A DNA stretch of 62,399 nt, the filler included, from Rhabdomonas costata (lineage: Eukaryota), in assembly GCA_019059605.1 (NCBI GenBank). It is 31 parts of 31 records of this genome, joined end to end, with 100 filler letters (N's around TTAATTAATTAA, not from the genome) between each part and the next. Parts side by side here need not be neighbours in the genome. Positions count along the whole stretch, not along the records: positions 22,184 to 24,099 come from JAHMHO010007407.1; positions 24,200 to 26,115 come from JAHMHO010007408.1; positions 26,216 to 28,131 come from JAHMHO010007409.1; positions 28,232 to 30,148 come from JAHMHO010007410.1; positions 30,249 to 32,164 come from JAHMHO010007411.1; positions 32,265 to 34,179 come from JAHMHO010007412.1; positions 34,280 to 36,194 come from JAHMHO010007413.1; 24 more parts are not named here. One strand, written 5' to 3'. A model generated the notes under the pieces. The model was not told the origin of the DNA. It did no database searches and saw only the letters and a program-made list of their open reading frames with translations. Positions 23,991 through 36,194 of this stretch are shown in pieces. Position 1 is the stretch's first letter. Every line of letters begins with the position of its first letter. The position numbers were made by a program, and so were the translations under genes.

Positions 23991-25995
23991 CTGAGGGATC
24001 GCGCACAAGCCAGCACATGTGGCAGTGCTCTCCTGCTAAGATAAAAAATACCATTAATATGGCTGCAGCAGGCACCACAAAAATCAGATCTGTGTTAAGN
24101 NNNNNNNNNNNNNNNNNNNNNNNNNNNNNNNNNNNNNNNNNNNTTAATTAATTAANNNNNNNNNNNNNNNNNNNNNNNNNNNNNNNNNNNNNNNNNNNNG
24201 TCCGAAAATGGCTCTCCTAATGGTCCTAATTTAGCATTTCACGTAGTGAGTGTGCTGGGCAAAGGTTCACTATGGTTGCAATGAGATTGGAGGAGATTTG
24301 GGTGCAATTATGAGCTGAGTTCTTCTTGTGCTTGCTTCCTCTTTGCAGCTGACGGAGTGCCCGCCTTCGGTGTGCGCCTCTCTTTTCCTGCGTCTTGCTG
24401 GATCCCTTTTTTTCGTACATGTGTGGCGGGGCCAAAACACTGAAACAGCCGGATGCGCGATGCAAGCCCGTACTATTGTTCATCTGAGTGACCGAGACAG
24501 TCCCCCCGAAATAGAGCTTTTGCTCTGCTTCACTGCAACTTTCACCTGTGGAGCGAGATGGAATGACACTGCGCAGTTCAAGGAAGCTTCCCGCTTTTAC
24601 ACTGTATTGTCCTTTCCGCTTTGGAAGGAGCCACACATATACTAACACAAAGAAGGGGCACCGTCAGTCATTTGGTACACGATCTGCAAAGGAATGCAGG
24701 AGCGGCTTCTCTCCATCCAGACTTACAGAACGTATATGAAGGCGAAAAGGAACCGCGCGTGCAAAAGCAGTCGCGGAAGCATGGCACACTTACAGATCAA
24801 CAGCCCCTCTCTGCCAATCTTACTATCCACCGAGAACCACGCCATAACAAATTCTGTATTCCAATTCCAATTCCAATCTCAGGCCTGGAGGTAATACCAC
24901 AACCGCTGCCCGCTGATTCCCTGTCTCATGCCTCTAGGCACCTGCTGAACCCCGCCAGGCAAAGTACAAGGTTCCCGCGGCATATGAAGGGGCTCTAAAA
25001 CCCTCCCTTTTGCCCCGGTATAATGCTGGCTGCTTTTGACCTGTACGTCTAACACACTCTTGGTTTTCCTATTCTGTGGGGCTGAACGCAGCAAACCGAG
25101 TTCGACCCCACTCCTCGGAGCACTATCAGTACCCCAAAGGTAACGGGGACAGTACGGGGTCGGCGCCCCAGCGTGACCTCGGGGAAGACCTCTTCTTCGG
25201 GTCTCCGCCGCTCGGAGAAGGCGACCCTTCCAGACGGCTCCTCGAAGCTCATCCAAAGAGGGGTACCGCTCCTGCTCCCGCCTTTCGTGTTCCGAGGCAT
25301 TTTTTTGGGTGGGTGGGTGTTAAATGGTTTTACCACTTATTAAACCGTTGAACACGCCTTTTCCGCCCCCTTTCCCCTGTCTGTTTTGTTGTTGGGTGTA
25401 TAATTCCAATTCGCATTGAAAGGCTTTTACAGGTTAAGCCCCAAATCCGAGGCGATTATTCGCACCACACACACAAGCACACGAACACGGGTGGAGATAT
25501 GCACCTGCAGAGCCTTGCGTTGGGCGAACGAGATGGTTTCAATCCAAACATCGCTAATCGCAAGGACCTTCTGCCTCGTTGCCACGGGAAACCAGCGGGG
25601 GTGTGCGTGCCCACCCGGTGGCACAGTTTCCTAACAGACGCACTCAGATGGGACACTTCCACCAGAGCCGCCTCAGGAGAAACGGTGTGCTCCTTGAAAA
25701 TTCCCGGACTGCATCCGTCGACGGTTTTCCGCGCTACCCTGAACAAGGCCCCCTGTAACCGTCGGCGCCCACATCAGCGTCTTCTCTCCCCCTCATGGTG
25801 CATAAAGCGGAACAAGCACCAGCACAAGCCTGCAGGGTGGTTGCCTTCAACAAAGCGGAGCGTCCAATCTTGGGGTCATTTCACACCACAGATGAGATGT
25901 TGTCCAGGGCTTTGCTGCAGCCCTGTCCTTATTTAAGGCCTCGGCAGCTGACCTTGAACTTCGCCCTGCTCTCTTCTCTGCATTTCCATTCGCAG

Positions 25996-26090
25996 GTTAC
26001 TGTGATGGTGTTGCGGCTGGCGAACTTCCTGCCCCTGTTGAGGAGCAGAGGAGAGGCTATGCTGCAGGAGCACAGTCACTTCCTTCAAGA
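25996..26090 (+). CDS. Exon resembling the start of a (degenerate) adenylate/guanylate cyclase catalytic domain
   Basis: CGCAG|VTVMVLRLANFLPLL......QEHSHFLQE resembles the VTV(L/M)F.D..GF helix region but lacks the catalytic Asp. Confidence 0.3.
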
Positions 26091-26708
26091 GGTCGCGCCT
26101 GCGTTCCCCAAACCCNNNNNNNNNNNNNNNNNNNNNNNNNNNNNNNNNNNNNNNNNNNNTTAATTAATTAANNNNNNNNNNNNNNNNNNNNNNNNNNNNN
26201 NNNNNNNNNNNNNNNGTGTTTTGTGCAATTTTCACACAGATCATTCCCTAAGATCCCTTTCTTTGTCCCCTGCTTCGCACCCTCCGATTTCTCTTTCCGG
26301 TTTCGAGTTTCCCTCTGCTTTGCATTCCATCTCAGATCTGCTCGACTTCCATCTTGTCAATCGTCTGTTTGTTGCCAAACCCCAGCCGCTTCATCATCTC
26401 ATGTGCCTGCGCCGCAGTGCAATCATCTAATTTACGTTCTGTTCTTTATATTTTTCACCCTTCGTTTTTTTTCGTTGTTCTTCGGTGCGAGTGCGAAAAA
26501 TTGGGGGATCCCCCCGCTCCATCTTTCTGGGGGTGCCCCTTCGCGCATCGCAGGGACGGCAACATGCCGCCCTTTTCAGCGTGGCGCGGTGCCATCTGCG
26601 GAGCCAAATGCCCCGCCAGCATTCCGGCAGAACCCGCGCTAGCCCGACCTCACCGGGGCCTGCTTTGCCTGGGGAAGTGAATGCGGGTGAGGGGTGCAGG
26701 CGGCTTAC

Positions 26709-26930
26709 CTTGGCGGTGACGGGGGCCCCCAAGGTGATCAGCTTCTGCACCACGGTCATGGGGGCCGCCTTCCGCACGGCCAGCAGAAGAACTGTGTTCT
26801 CCCCGCAGGAGCTGTTGCTGGCCACGGAAAGGTCAGGTCGAAGCTCGTCTGGCAGGGCCAGAATTTTCATCAAGAGCTCCCAGTTGCCAGTCTCGGCCAC
26901 GCAGTAGGGCACAGTGCGCTGCATCAAATC
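26709..26930 (-). CDS. Ankyrin-repeat protein exon
   Basis: QRTVPYCVAETGNWELLMKIL...GENTVLLLAVRKAAPMTVVQKLITLGAPVTAK; 222-nt exon with CAG/GTAAG boundaries. Confidence 0.75.
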
Positions 26931-28967
26931 CTGTGCAGACCCATACTCACTCACACAAACATGGAGAGAGAGAGAGACTGTGTAGTGGGCTAGCCTATAC
27001 CCGAAGTGCCTCCTCCATTGCCGTGGCAGGTGAGCTATGTCCGCAACTGTCTCCCCAGACAGTCAGCGAAACAGTCAAGCAGCCATCAGAAAAAAGAGCA
27101 AAGCCACGACGATGCCAGTAGACTGGGGGGTGGGGGAGGTTCGGTGGTAAAGATGCTCGGCTTTAACCAGCGGGATTATTATGGATAGGCCCATAGTTGT
27201 AACGAAAGGAATGCTTCAGAGAGACCATAAAGCCGCTGGAAGCCATTAAGTGGAAGACTTAGCGGACTCCCCAGATGCACGGAAATATCATATTCAGCAA
27301 TGGGCTCGACTACGACGCGAAAAAAAGAAAACAGAAAGAAAATGCAAACAGAAACGGGTGAGGCAGCGCACCCAAGCGATCTTACCCATAAAAATTAACA
27401 ATGCCGTGGAGGAGCACTCTTTGTCACCCCGATGTAACTCCGTTCCAAGCGGGCATTTGCATCGTCCACTGACCCGATGTGGCCTAGAACCTGTCCTATG
27501 CCTCAGGGAACATCCCATGGGCCTCAGTGATAAGCAATGCTGCAGTTGACCACGACCACCCCCCCTCCCTCTCTCCCTCTTTAAATATTTACAAATAAGC
27601 CAGTGACCGACCGACTGAGGTCTTCTGACCCAGCTGGAGGAGGGCTTCTAGTGCCTCGAACACACAAAAAATTTTCATCATCATCTTTAATCAAGCTGAA
27701 TTCGCTGGAGGAAATTTTGAGAACAGGAGCTTTTCGAGGGATGACCCGGAAACCATCTTCTTCCGCACCATAGTGGCGACTCAACCATGGCATGGAGTGG
27801 GAGCTTGGTGAGTGTCAAACAGGTGGCTGTGCCTGAAAAGCGTCAATACGTTCTCGTTGCGGCGGCACATGGCTCGCAGGGCAGCCGGAGTCCGCTGCAG
27901 CGGTTGCCTTGCACAAAGGTTGGGGCACCGCCGCACCTCAGCTTCCCAATCCTCCAGGGCCAAAAGAAAGCCCAAGTTCTGCGGCATGGATAAAAGCATG
28001 TGCGAACAACCCCTTGTGCAATTTAGCAACTCAGTTTCACTCTTTCGCGATTCATTCGGCGCTCCTGCACCAGCCCGGCACATTATTTAGGTTTCTTTTT
28101 GAAGGGGTTAAGACGTTATGTATATGAGGGGNNNNNNNNNNNNNNNNNNNNNNNNNNNNNNNNNNNNNNNNNNNNTTAATTAATTAANNNNNNNNNNNNN
28201 NNNNNNNNNNNNNNNNNNNNNNNNNNNNNNNGTGGATGGTATGGCGAGGATCTTCTGATGTCCAGGAATGCCATAAGACATCTCCAGAACACTGAAACAA
28301 AAATCTGATCTCGATCGCTCACAATACTCCTCGGAAAATCATGGTGTCTCACTACCTCTCACCAGAACAACTATGCAATGTCGTCGGCATTCATTTTGTT
28401 ATGGCAGGGAAGGACAGGGAAGGAGACACGTAGCACAACGGAACCAATAGCCACAACCACAGGACCGAAACCGCACACTTGAGGGCCGAAAACGAAGACA
28501 TACCCAGCACCGCAAACGCAGAGACCAAAGCCGAAGACAGATCACACTAGCACCCAAGAAGCAAACCAAGCCACATAAGCACCCCAAAAGTACAAACCGA
28601 CACCGTAGAAACAGCAACCGTAGCGAAGGAACTTAGAGACACAACAAAATCAAGAAGTCCAGACACCGGAACCAACACAGACACCCCACAAGAAGGCCAA
28701 CTCCCAATTACAACAAACCAAAGAAGTGAAACCAATCCCAGAAACCCGAAACCAAAACCCAGGCCATACAGTCATGTTCATGGAGGCAAACGCAGGCCCC
28801 TGTTCTTCCTTTGTGTCCATAGAAGCAAACCCAGAGATGCGGAGGGCAAACCACACGACGACAGGATACATCCAACCTGCAACCGGCAACCAAAAGACCA
28901 TACACAAAAGACCACACCAAACCCAGTAACGAAGGCCTGCCGACATTTCCAAATAAAAAACAGAACC

Positions 28968-30148
28968 ATAGCCTGACCTGGAGTTTGGCCAGTAGCTGGC
29001 TCATGAGAGGATGAGATCAGTCTCCGCTCACCTTGTCGTATATCTGTAATTTGTTTGAAACATAAGATAACTAGTCTCTTGAAACACCTTGATGTCCTGG
29101 CGTCTTCCTCTGGAATGGGGAACACGTTGGTGACATGGACCGTTACACGCTCCCCTGCGAGGACGGAGAACGTCCCAACAGACGGGCGACGGCCGATCAC
29201 TCATGAATGTCCAGCTCTGAACATCACCTTTGTAAACTCTGCACAAGATATCTTTCCACGCAATTTGCAACACGCAGACAACACACGCTCTGGAAAGACA
29301 CAACATCACGCAACACGTTCTGGAAACACGCCACATACCATCTGGAAACACCACGCAACCGCACACACGTCTGGAATCACAATCCACATAGCACATCTCT
29401 GGAATCAGTTACAAAACCTGAGCTCTGATCAACACCATCTGTGGAAAGGATCTTCCATCTCTGAAACGTTCAGGCTCTGTGCAACTCTCTAGAACCTCAA
29501 CAAGGTGGGGGTCCAAAATATGTTAGGTACTTGCTCAGCAAGTCTTATCCGCTCCCTGTGTACACCGCTCCTCTGCCTTTTCTCCAAGTAACGGCCTGAT
29601 CATGTGGAACTCTGGATTCAACCACCTCACTTGAGTATTCTATGAACTCTATGTCATCACCATAATACTCTCTGAATTGTATAACACTGGGTATTTACAA
29701 AACAATCAACTTTGGAACTGTATCTGGAGCCGCCTTGGGAACTGCATTCTCTGTGGAAGTCGAGGCGTTGCTCTGGCCACCCCTGTCATTGTTGTTCCCG
29801 TCCCTTGCTGTGCATTACCTTCTCTGTGAGGTTCCACCAACGGTCACCTACCCATCTTCAGCTGTCGCAAAATCTCTGCCAACGTATCTGCAACTGGTGG
29901 CTGTGGAGGGGGATTCGATGCTCGAGGGACATACTTCACCCACTGCCTCGTCTCTGGAAGCTGGGACAACAACTCTCTGGAAACAAGCTTCCTCCTCAGA
30001 ATCTCATTAAGCAACCCCTCGATATTCTTTCGTTCTTAAATCATAACCGATCCATCAATCTGTTCAACCACCTCCATCATATACGTCACAATGGCATGAT
30101 CATCCAACCCTTGTGAAATTGTACTCAGTGTCGGTAACTGTGGAGATC
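28968..30148 (-). repeat. Degenerate retroelement-like repeat, homologous to contig 2015-3932
   Basis: Shared segments (see 2015-3650), a stop-riddled ORF1/gag-like reading on the minus strand, and TCCAGA enrichment on that strand. Confidence 0.5.
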
Positions 30149-30309
30149 NNNNNNNNNNNNNNNNNNNNNNNNNNNNNNNNNNNNNNNNNNNNTTAATTAA
30201 TTAANNNNNNNNNNNNNNNNNNNNNNNNNNNNNNNNNNNNNNNNNNNNTGTTTTGTGTCAATGACAGAAAACGTGAGCAGACTTTGCCTCTGCCTCTTTG
30301 CCTCCGCAG

Positions 30310-31364
30310 CCCTCCGTTGCGCCGGAGGTGAACTTCAATAGCGTCGACGAGGCGCTCGTCCAAGGCCTGGAGATGCTGCTGGTCAAGGTAGTCCTTCCCC
30401 GATTGCGTGTTTCACTGGTTCGTATGAGTTAAATCCTGTGTTGAGAACTCGCTGGAATGTTTCCGGCTGGAGGCTGGATTCTCGCTAATTTTAGATAAAT
30501 ATCGATCAATACATCTTGTGTGCGTGGGTTACGTATCTAGCAAGGTTGGGTAAATACGTACCTTAGGCATCTTCACCAGCTTTTGCAAAAAAGTTTCGGA
30601 TTCACCTCGGAGAGCAAGACTTTGAAGGGTCTTTGCTTCCAAGTTTTTCATTAGCGTTTGCAGCATACTCGGGTGCCACTTGTTCGCGCGTGCACACGGT
30701 CTATGCTCCCTCGCGCAGATTCGGGGGTTGCTGCCCACGCTGCCCAACACTTATACTGTGCGGTTTGGGGACCTCAACTACGTGGTGGACCTCGTGCCAG
30801 ATGATCGAGTGACGATCCCCAGCGTGGGCTCGTCCTTGCTGAAGATGCTGACTCCATGGGTGCGACCCAAGAAGGTGCCGCGCTTGGTGCTGAACCACCT
30901 CACGGGGACCCTGAGGCCCGGGCGGCTGACCCTCATTCTGGGGCCACCCCGGTATCTGCAGCATCCTCCCTCCTCACTGACTTTCTCGCACCCACAGATG
31001 CGTAAACCGTCTCTCGGGAAGCCTGGAGCTTTCTCTTCGCGCGTCAATACTCTGTTGGTTATTTATTTCCGGTGTTTGCTCAGGCTGATTCTCTCCCAAT
31101 CAATGAATCTATGAGGCCCTTTTGGTGTGTTTCGAAAGGCTGTTGAGAGCGACTCGAACTGGACATGAAGAGCAATATTTCGAGGAGACGCCAGGCCCCG
31201 AGGTGCCCTTTACTGCACCCGAGAGTGTTTCATTTGTCATTGTGTAATTGTGCGGAAGGTCGGGCAAGTCAGCGTTCATGAAGGTCCTCAGTGGACGTGC
31301 GGAAGAAGGCTCCGAGGCCAAAGTCCGCGGCACCGTCACCTACAACAACCAGGACCGCAAGAAG
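30310..31364 (+). CDS. PDR/ABCG-family ABC transporter, N-terminal NBD; exons 30310-30387, 30719-30951, 31259-31364
   Basis: VRFGDLNY...IPSVGS...VLNHLTGTLRPGRLTLILGPPR|SGKSAFMKVLSGR...V.GTVTYN. Walker A is reconstituted across a phase-2 GT-AG intron. Confidence 0.92.
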
Positions 31365-33249
31365 GTTGTATTTTTCGCCCAATTCTTCCTTCCTTTTTTC
31401 GCCCAATGTCGGCTCCCCTGCCCAGCGTTGGTCTCCTTGCATTCCTTGAAACACATGTTTTTGGGACCTATCATCTGTCGTTGTTACCGTGGTTCCTGTG
31501 TTACTGATGACCACTGATTGCAATTTCCCAAGTGTTGCCAGACAACAGTACCAATCTCCCCTCCAACAGCAGCAGCCCACTTCTGAGCTATGTGTGTTCC
31601 CCTTGTTCTTGGTCTGCAATTTTCAAGATTAGCTAGCCTAAACCCTAACTAAACCCTGAAATCCAACGAAAGCCATCGATGGCATCCTGAGGTCCGTTTA
31701 TCGTGAATGACCTCCTTTGGTCGGTGTTGGGAGCAAGAATAACATGCCTAGGGTTCAGCGTTGTCAGTGGCGGACGTTTTTCGCATCCTCGCCCGCCAGC
31801 GGTTACGCGGGTGTGTTTTCACGCTCTCAGGGCACCACGGAAGTTCTCCGGGCGCCATAATGCCCGATATCATAATATTGCCCGTGTCACCTCAAAAGTG
31901 AGAGGTGAAAAGTTTTATCTGGTGCTGAACACCTGATATTCCATGCTCGGAACCTTGTTAGCCAACAAGTGTTACGAAAAATGTTACCTTTTGGAGTTAC
32001 AGAGGTTTTAGGGATGGTAAAAATATCTCAGCACCGTTGTTTCATGTGCATTGAAAGCTTCTAAATTCAGGTTGCTTTTTCTGAGATATGCCGACGAAAT
32101 ATGCGGATGAAATAGGAAATATCTCACATCTTCTCACTTTTGACATGTACCGGACCAACAAAACNNNNNNNNNNNNNNNNNNNNNNNNNNNNNNNNNNNN
32201 NNNNNNNNTTAATTAATTAANNNNNNNNNNNNNNNNNNNNNNNNNNNNNNNNNNNNNNNNNNNNTGCCCCACCACTCATTTCCACATTCCTCACTCAAAG
32301 AGAGAAAGGGAGAGGGATACAGAACCTGAAGCTCTCATTGATCAAACAACGAGTGGGCGGAGCAGCTGCGCGCTTCCCCCAGCACCGTAGGGGGACCTCA
32401 AAGTCTGCAGCCCGTTCTGCCCGCCAATTAGCCTCCACGAGCCGAAATGGGGATCCTCTCTTCCCCTTAATTGAGAGCGAGTCATTATCAAGGATCCCGC
32501 TCTACATCTACGAACGAAGAAAAAGCATGGAAAACGATTGGAGATGATGAGGTCATACTACGGGATAAGTTTTCGGACAGAGCTCATGGATATGAGACAG
32601 AGCGAAATAAGAAGAGAGATGGAGAGAGGAAGGGAGAACGAGGAGGGAGAACGGGGAGAGGGCGCAATGGTGGAGAGGTGTTTGAGTGAGTTGGCCTCGG
32701 CTGATTGGATGGCCGTTTGCGGCTAGTTTTTCTGACCCCCCCCCCCTTCTTTCCTTGTCCCCAATTCCCAATGTTGTAAAGTCTGTTGGCAACATTAAGC
32801 CTGTTGGGCAGAGGGAGTTCATGTCCCCTGCACCTGTTTTTCCTTCTGCCTGTGTTTGCGGTCTCTTTCTACTAAGCCTCTTCCTTTTTTTTTTGCTTTG
32901 ATAGGTCTGTCTCGGCGAAGCGTGTGCCATCCTCTGCTTCTGCTCCTCGCCCTCCCTCGGCGGTCTCCAGTCGAGCCAGTGACTCGACGCCGCCCCCACA
33001 ACCTGGGACCCGTGAAAGGGGCAAGGTCTGCGCTTCGTGTAAGGCGTCGCAGCGTGTGTCAAAATGGATCCTTTAGATTGCCATAATTTGTGGGGCACTT
33101 GAACTCTGCCAGCGCACCCTGGATGTGTGTCACTTTTTTTTGGGGCGAAGGACAGACCAATGAACACAAACTGCTGGAAAGTACTGACCGTTGCCAATAT
33201 TCTAGTCTCTGCATGTGTTTCACGGGTTTTTTGGGTCTTGCGTGTACAG

Positions 33250-33453
33250 GCCTCGGGAGGAAGCCCGAAGTCTCCCTCCTCCTCTTCAGCACCCAAGCTG
33301 GATCTTTTGGGGAAGCTCTTCCCGTTTGCTACCCAAGCTGAGGCCAGGGTGGCCTTGGGGTCAGGCATCCCCAGGCTGGTGCGGAACTCGCCGTTCTTTG
33401 CGGAGTTCCCCTCCAACCGTGAGGCCCTGCGAGTGCTGTGCCGCGGCCCGTAG
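33250..33453 (+). CDS. Terminal exon of an uncharacterized protein
   Basis: TACAG acceptor, GC3-rich 68-codon frame ending TAG. A probable upstream S/P-rich exon lies near 32905-33024. Confidence 0.4.
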   Translation, partial: ASGGSPKSPSSSSAPKLDLLGKLFPFATQAEARVALGSGIPRLVRNSPFFAEFPSNREALRVLCRGP

Positions 33454-35617
33454 CCCGACGCCAGCCCTGTTTGTGGTGTGTCCCACACCCGAGAGAGAGT
33501 TTCGTGCACCTTAGAGTCCTCTTTGTCTCTCTCTATTTTTGTTCGTGTCGTGTTCACTGTGTGTTGCACTATTTTTGGCGAATCTTAGCCAAAGGGCAGG
33601 TGTTTTTGAACCACAGTGTGATCGGTGAATCGCTTAGAGATTGAGATTTGAGATGGGATTTGGAATGGTGTTACGAGTTCTGTGAGTTTTGCATTTGCAT
33701 TAGGTTTGCATGCAGAAAGACTAGAGTCAGAAATCAGGTTTCACCTGTTCTCGGATGAGAACACGGAAGCTATGTAGCGGGGAAGATTTTCTTTTGGCCA
33801 AGGTTCTTGCAGTACTTTGGGCACTGACGTTTTGATTCGCATCCCCTTATTGCAATCATGCAGACATCGCCCCTGGCGCTCTCTCGGAAGCCCTTCGTTA
33901 GCTGGCGGCTGGTTGGCTGGTCGCGCGGTTCTCATTGTGAAGCTTCTCAGGTTGCACTGTCGGTCGAAAAGCTATTCACTTCTGCAGTTGACTTCTGTTG
34001 ATCTGCTGCCGTGCTGTATTATAGTCTGTATTTTGTCAATTAAATAGAGCTTGTTTTGACTGGCTGTGGGCCGCTTTGTGAACTGTTACGCCCGTTCTTC
34101 TCCACCCGTCTCCATCTCTCCGCTAGCACATTCTTCTCGCGCGGATGCAGTTCACAAAGCGGCCCACAGCCACCCAAAANNNNNNNNNNNNNNNNNNNNN
34201 NNNNNNNNNNNNNNNNNNNNNNNTTAATTAATTAANNNNNNNNNNNNNNNNNNNNNNNNNNNNNNNNNNNNNNNNNNNNGTTGGTGGGGCAGAAGGTGAG
34301 GGCTGTGGCGGAGCGCATGGAGTGGGAGGACCCTGTGATGGCGAAGCTGCAGGCTGAGCTGACGAGGAAGGGCATCCAGCAGGTCGGGAAGGAGGGGAGA
34401 AGGCGTGAGTCCACGTTGCATTTTATGGCAAGCATACAGTTCTGGATTATGTTACTAGTGGTTTCAAAAGTCGAACGCATGCAACTCCACTTCTTTTTTT
34501 GCTCTCAGTAAGTCCGAATCTCCTCCTTCTGAGCTCGTTACTCGCTCAGATATGAGTTAACTTCGTGCCAGTTTCGTCAACTCCATCTGTCTCCTTCTGC
34601 TCGCAAGCTGTAGCTACCGTAGCTACCGTCAGTTGACCTGCACTGCGTTGTATGTTGGCATTCCACCTTTCCTGGTTTCTGTGGCTTTGGTCCAAAATTC
34701 GAACCTTTGGCATAATTCTCCAAGTTTTCGCAATCAACCCCACTGGACTGGTGCACAGGCGGAGCAGCTTCTGCAGGCCCTTCAGCAAAGCAGTGCCCCC
34801 GCCTCCTCCTCGTGGTGGCCCAGCTCCTGGCTGCAGAGTGCCGCGCCAGGCCCCACTCCCCCTGCCCACCCTGCCCACCCGGGGCTGCACCACGGAACGG
34901 GCTCCAGCCAGCAGCTTGCGGTGAGCTTTGACCTGCGGCTGGCCTCGGTGAGCTCGGGCAGCCCCGCTAAGGCCAGCACGCCTCCTGGCTTGCCCAGCTA
35001 GGGGTCAGGAGTTTGGCCCTTTGGGCTTCTCTGACCCTGCCTGCGGTCTGCCAAAGACAGAGCGATAGAGGAGGACGTAACTGGTCGTACTTCTTTGGGC
35101 ACACCCACCCCCGTAGAGCGCCGCTCCCTGCACATGGATCCTGTGGGTTCTGCGTGTACAGGTGTCAGGGTCACTCGCATTGTGTGTAGGTGCATTTGGA
35201 GTGTGGAGCACCCAGACGTTTGTCTGAAATGACGAAGTTGTTTCGCAGTGAGAAGACCTTTGCCCGGGCGAAGTGACCTCCTATCGGAATTTTAGGGGTT
35301 GGATTGTTTTCTGCGGCCTCCAAAAGCAGCGATAGAGGGAGGATTAGTGTGGGTAATTGTTCTTACTTTTCAGGTCCGGGACTGCTTGCATACGTGTGCT
35401 TGTGTGATTGAAGGACCAGGAGAAGACACATGGGACCACGCACCATCGAAATTGGGGAGCTCAGGAGAGATGTGGATCTCGAGATCTCCTCCGAAAAAAC
35501 CCTTGTGCCAAGTGCACAATGTGAGTTGGTGTGCAGGTGCAGACAGTGTTGGTTTTAAACTGTTGTCAGTGACCTATACTATTTTTTTTGTTTCCTTGTT
35601 CTTTTTTTCTTGTCGCA

Positions 35618-36194
35618 ATGCCGAGGTGCCCGTCTTCATTTCCGATCGTAGCTGTATTTGTAATCATTGTGTTGGGAATCTCCGGGGGGCTGACGGCCTC
35701 GCTCTGGGTGCCGTTCAACGCCGCGGCGATGTCCTCGGTGGACGGGGTGGCCTCCACCCTCTACCGCGTGGAGATGCAGAGCCTGCAGCAGCGGATCACC
35801 TGCATCTTCGCCACCATGGCCACCATCCTGCAGACCTGGGGGTCCCTGGATGTGTCCACCCTCTCCGACTTCTCCGCGATGTCCCGCTACGTCTGGATCG
35901 TCCTCCAGGCAGCCCAGGACGGCTGGGCGGTGCAGATTGCTAGCCCCACTGGGGAGACCGTCGGCTCCGTCCGGCTTGCCCCCGGGCATGTTGTCTTAAT
36001 GCGCCAGCATGCGTTCCCTCCGAACACTACCTCCAACCTCACCTATTGGACGATGTTTCCCAACCCCACTGAGGACCAGATGTATGCCTCCATCCCGTTC
36101 GACGCGCGTGCCCGGCCGTGGTACATCAACGCCGTGAAAAGCGGGCTGCTCGCCTTTACGTCGCCGTTCGTGTCTAACATCCACCCCCCCCCAG
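35618..36194 (+). CDS. Membrane receptor with N-terminal TM and dCache-like sensor domain (probable receptor adenylate cyclase), 3'-truncated
   Basis: TM helix (IVAVFVIIVLGISGGLTASLW) followed by FDARARPWYINAV...FTSPF, the Cache D.R.RPWY motif. Very high GC3. Confidence 0.78.

Noticed and set aside
32553-33569. 338-aa minus-strand ORF
   Set aside because: It is antisense to plus-strand exons and has no recognizable domain.
34061-34172. Perfect 25-bp inverted repeat (34061-34085 / 34148-34172)
   Set aside because: It is also at a contig end and is followed by a C/A primer tail, so likely the same artefact.
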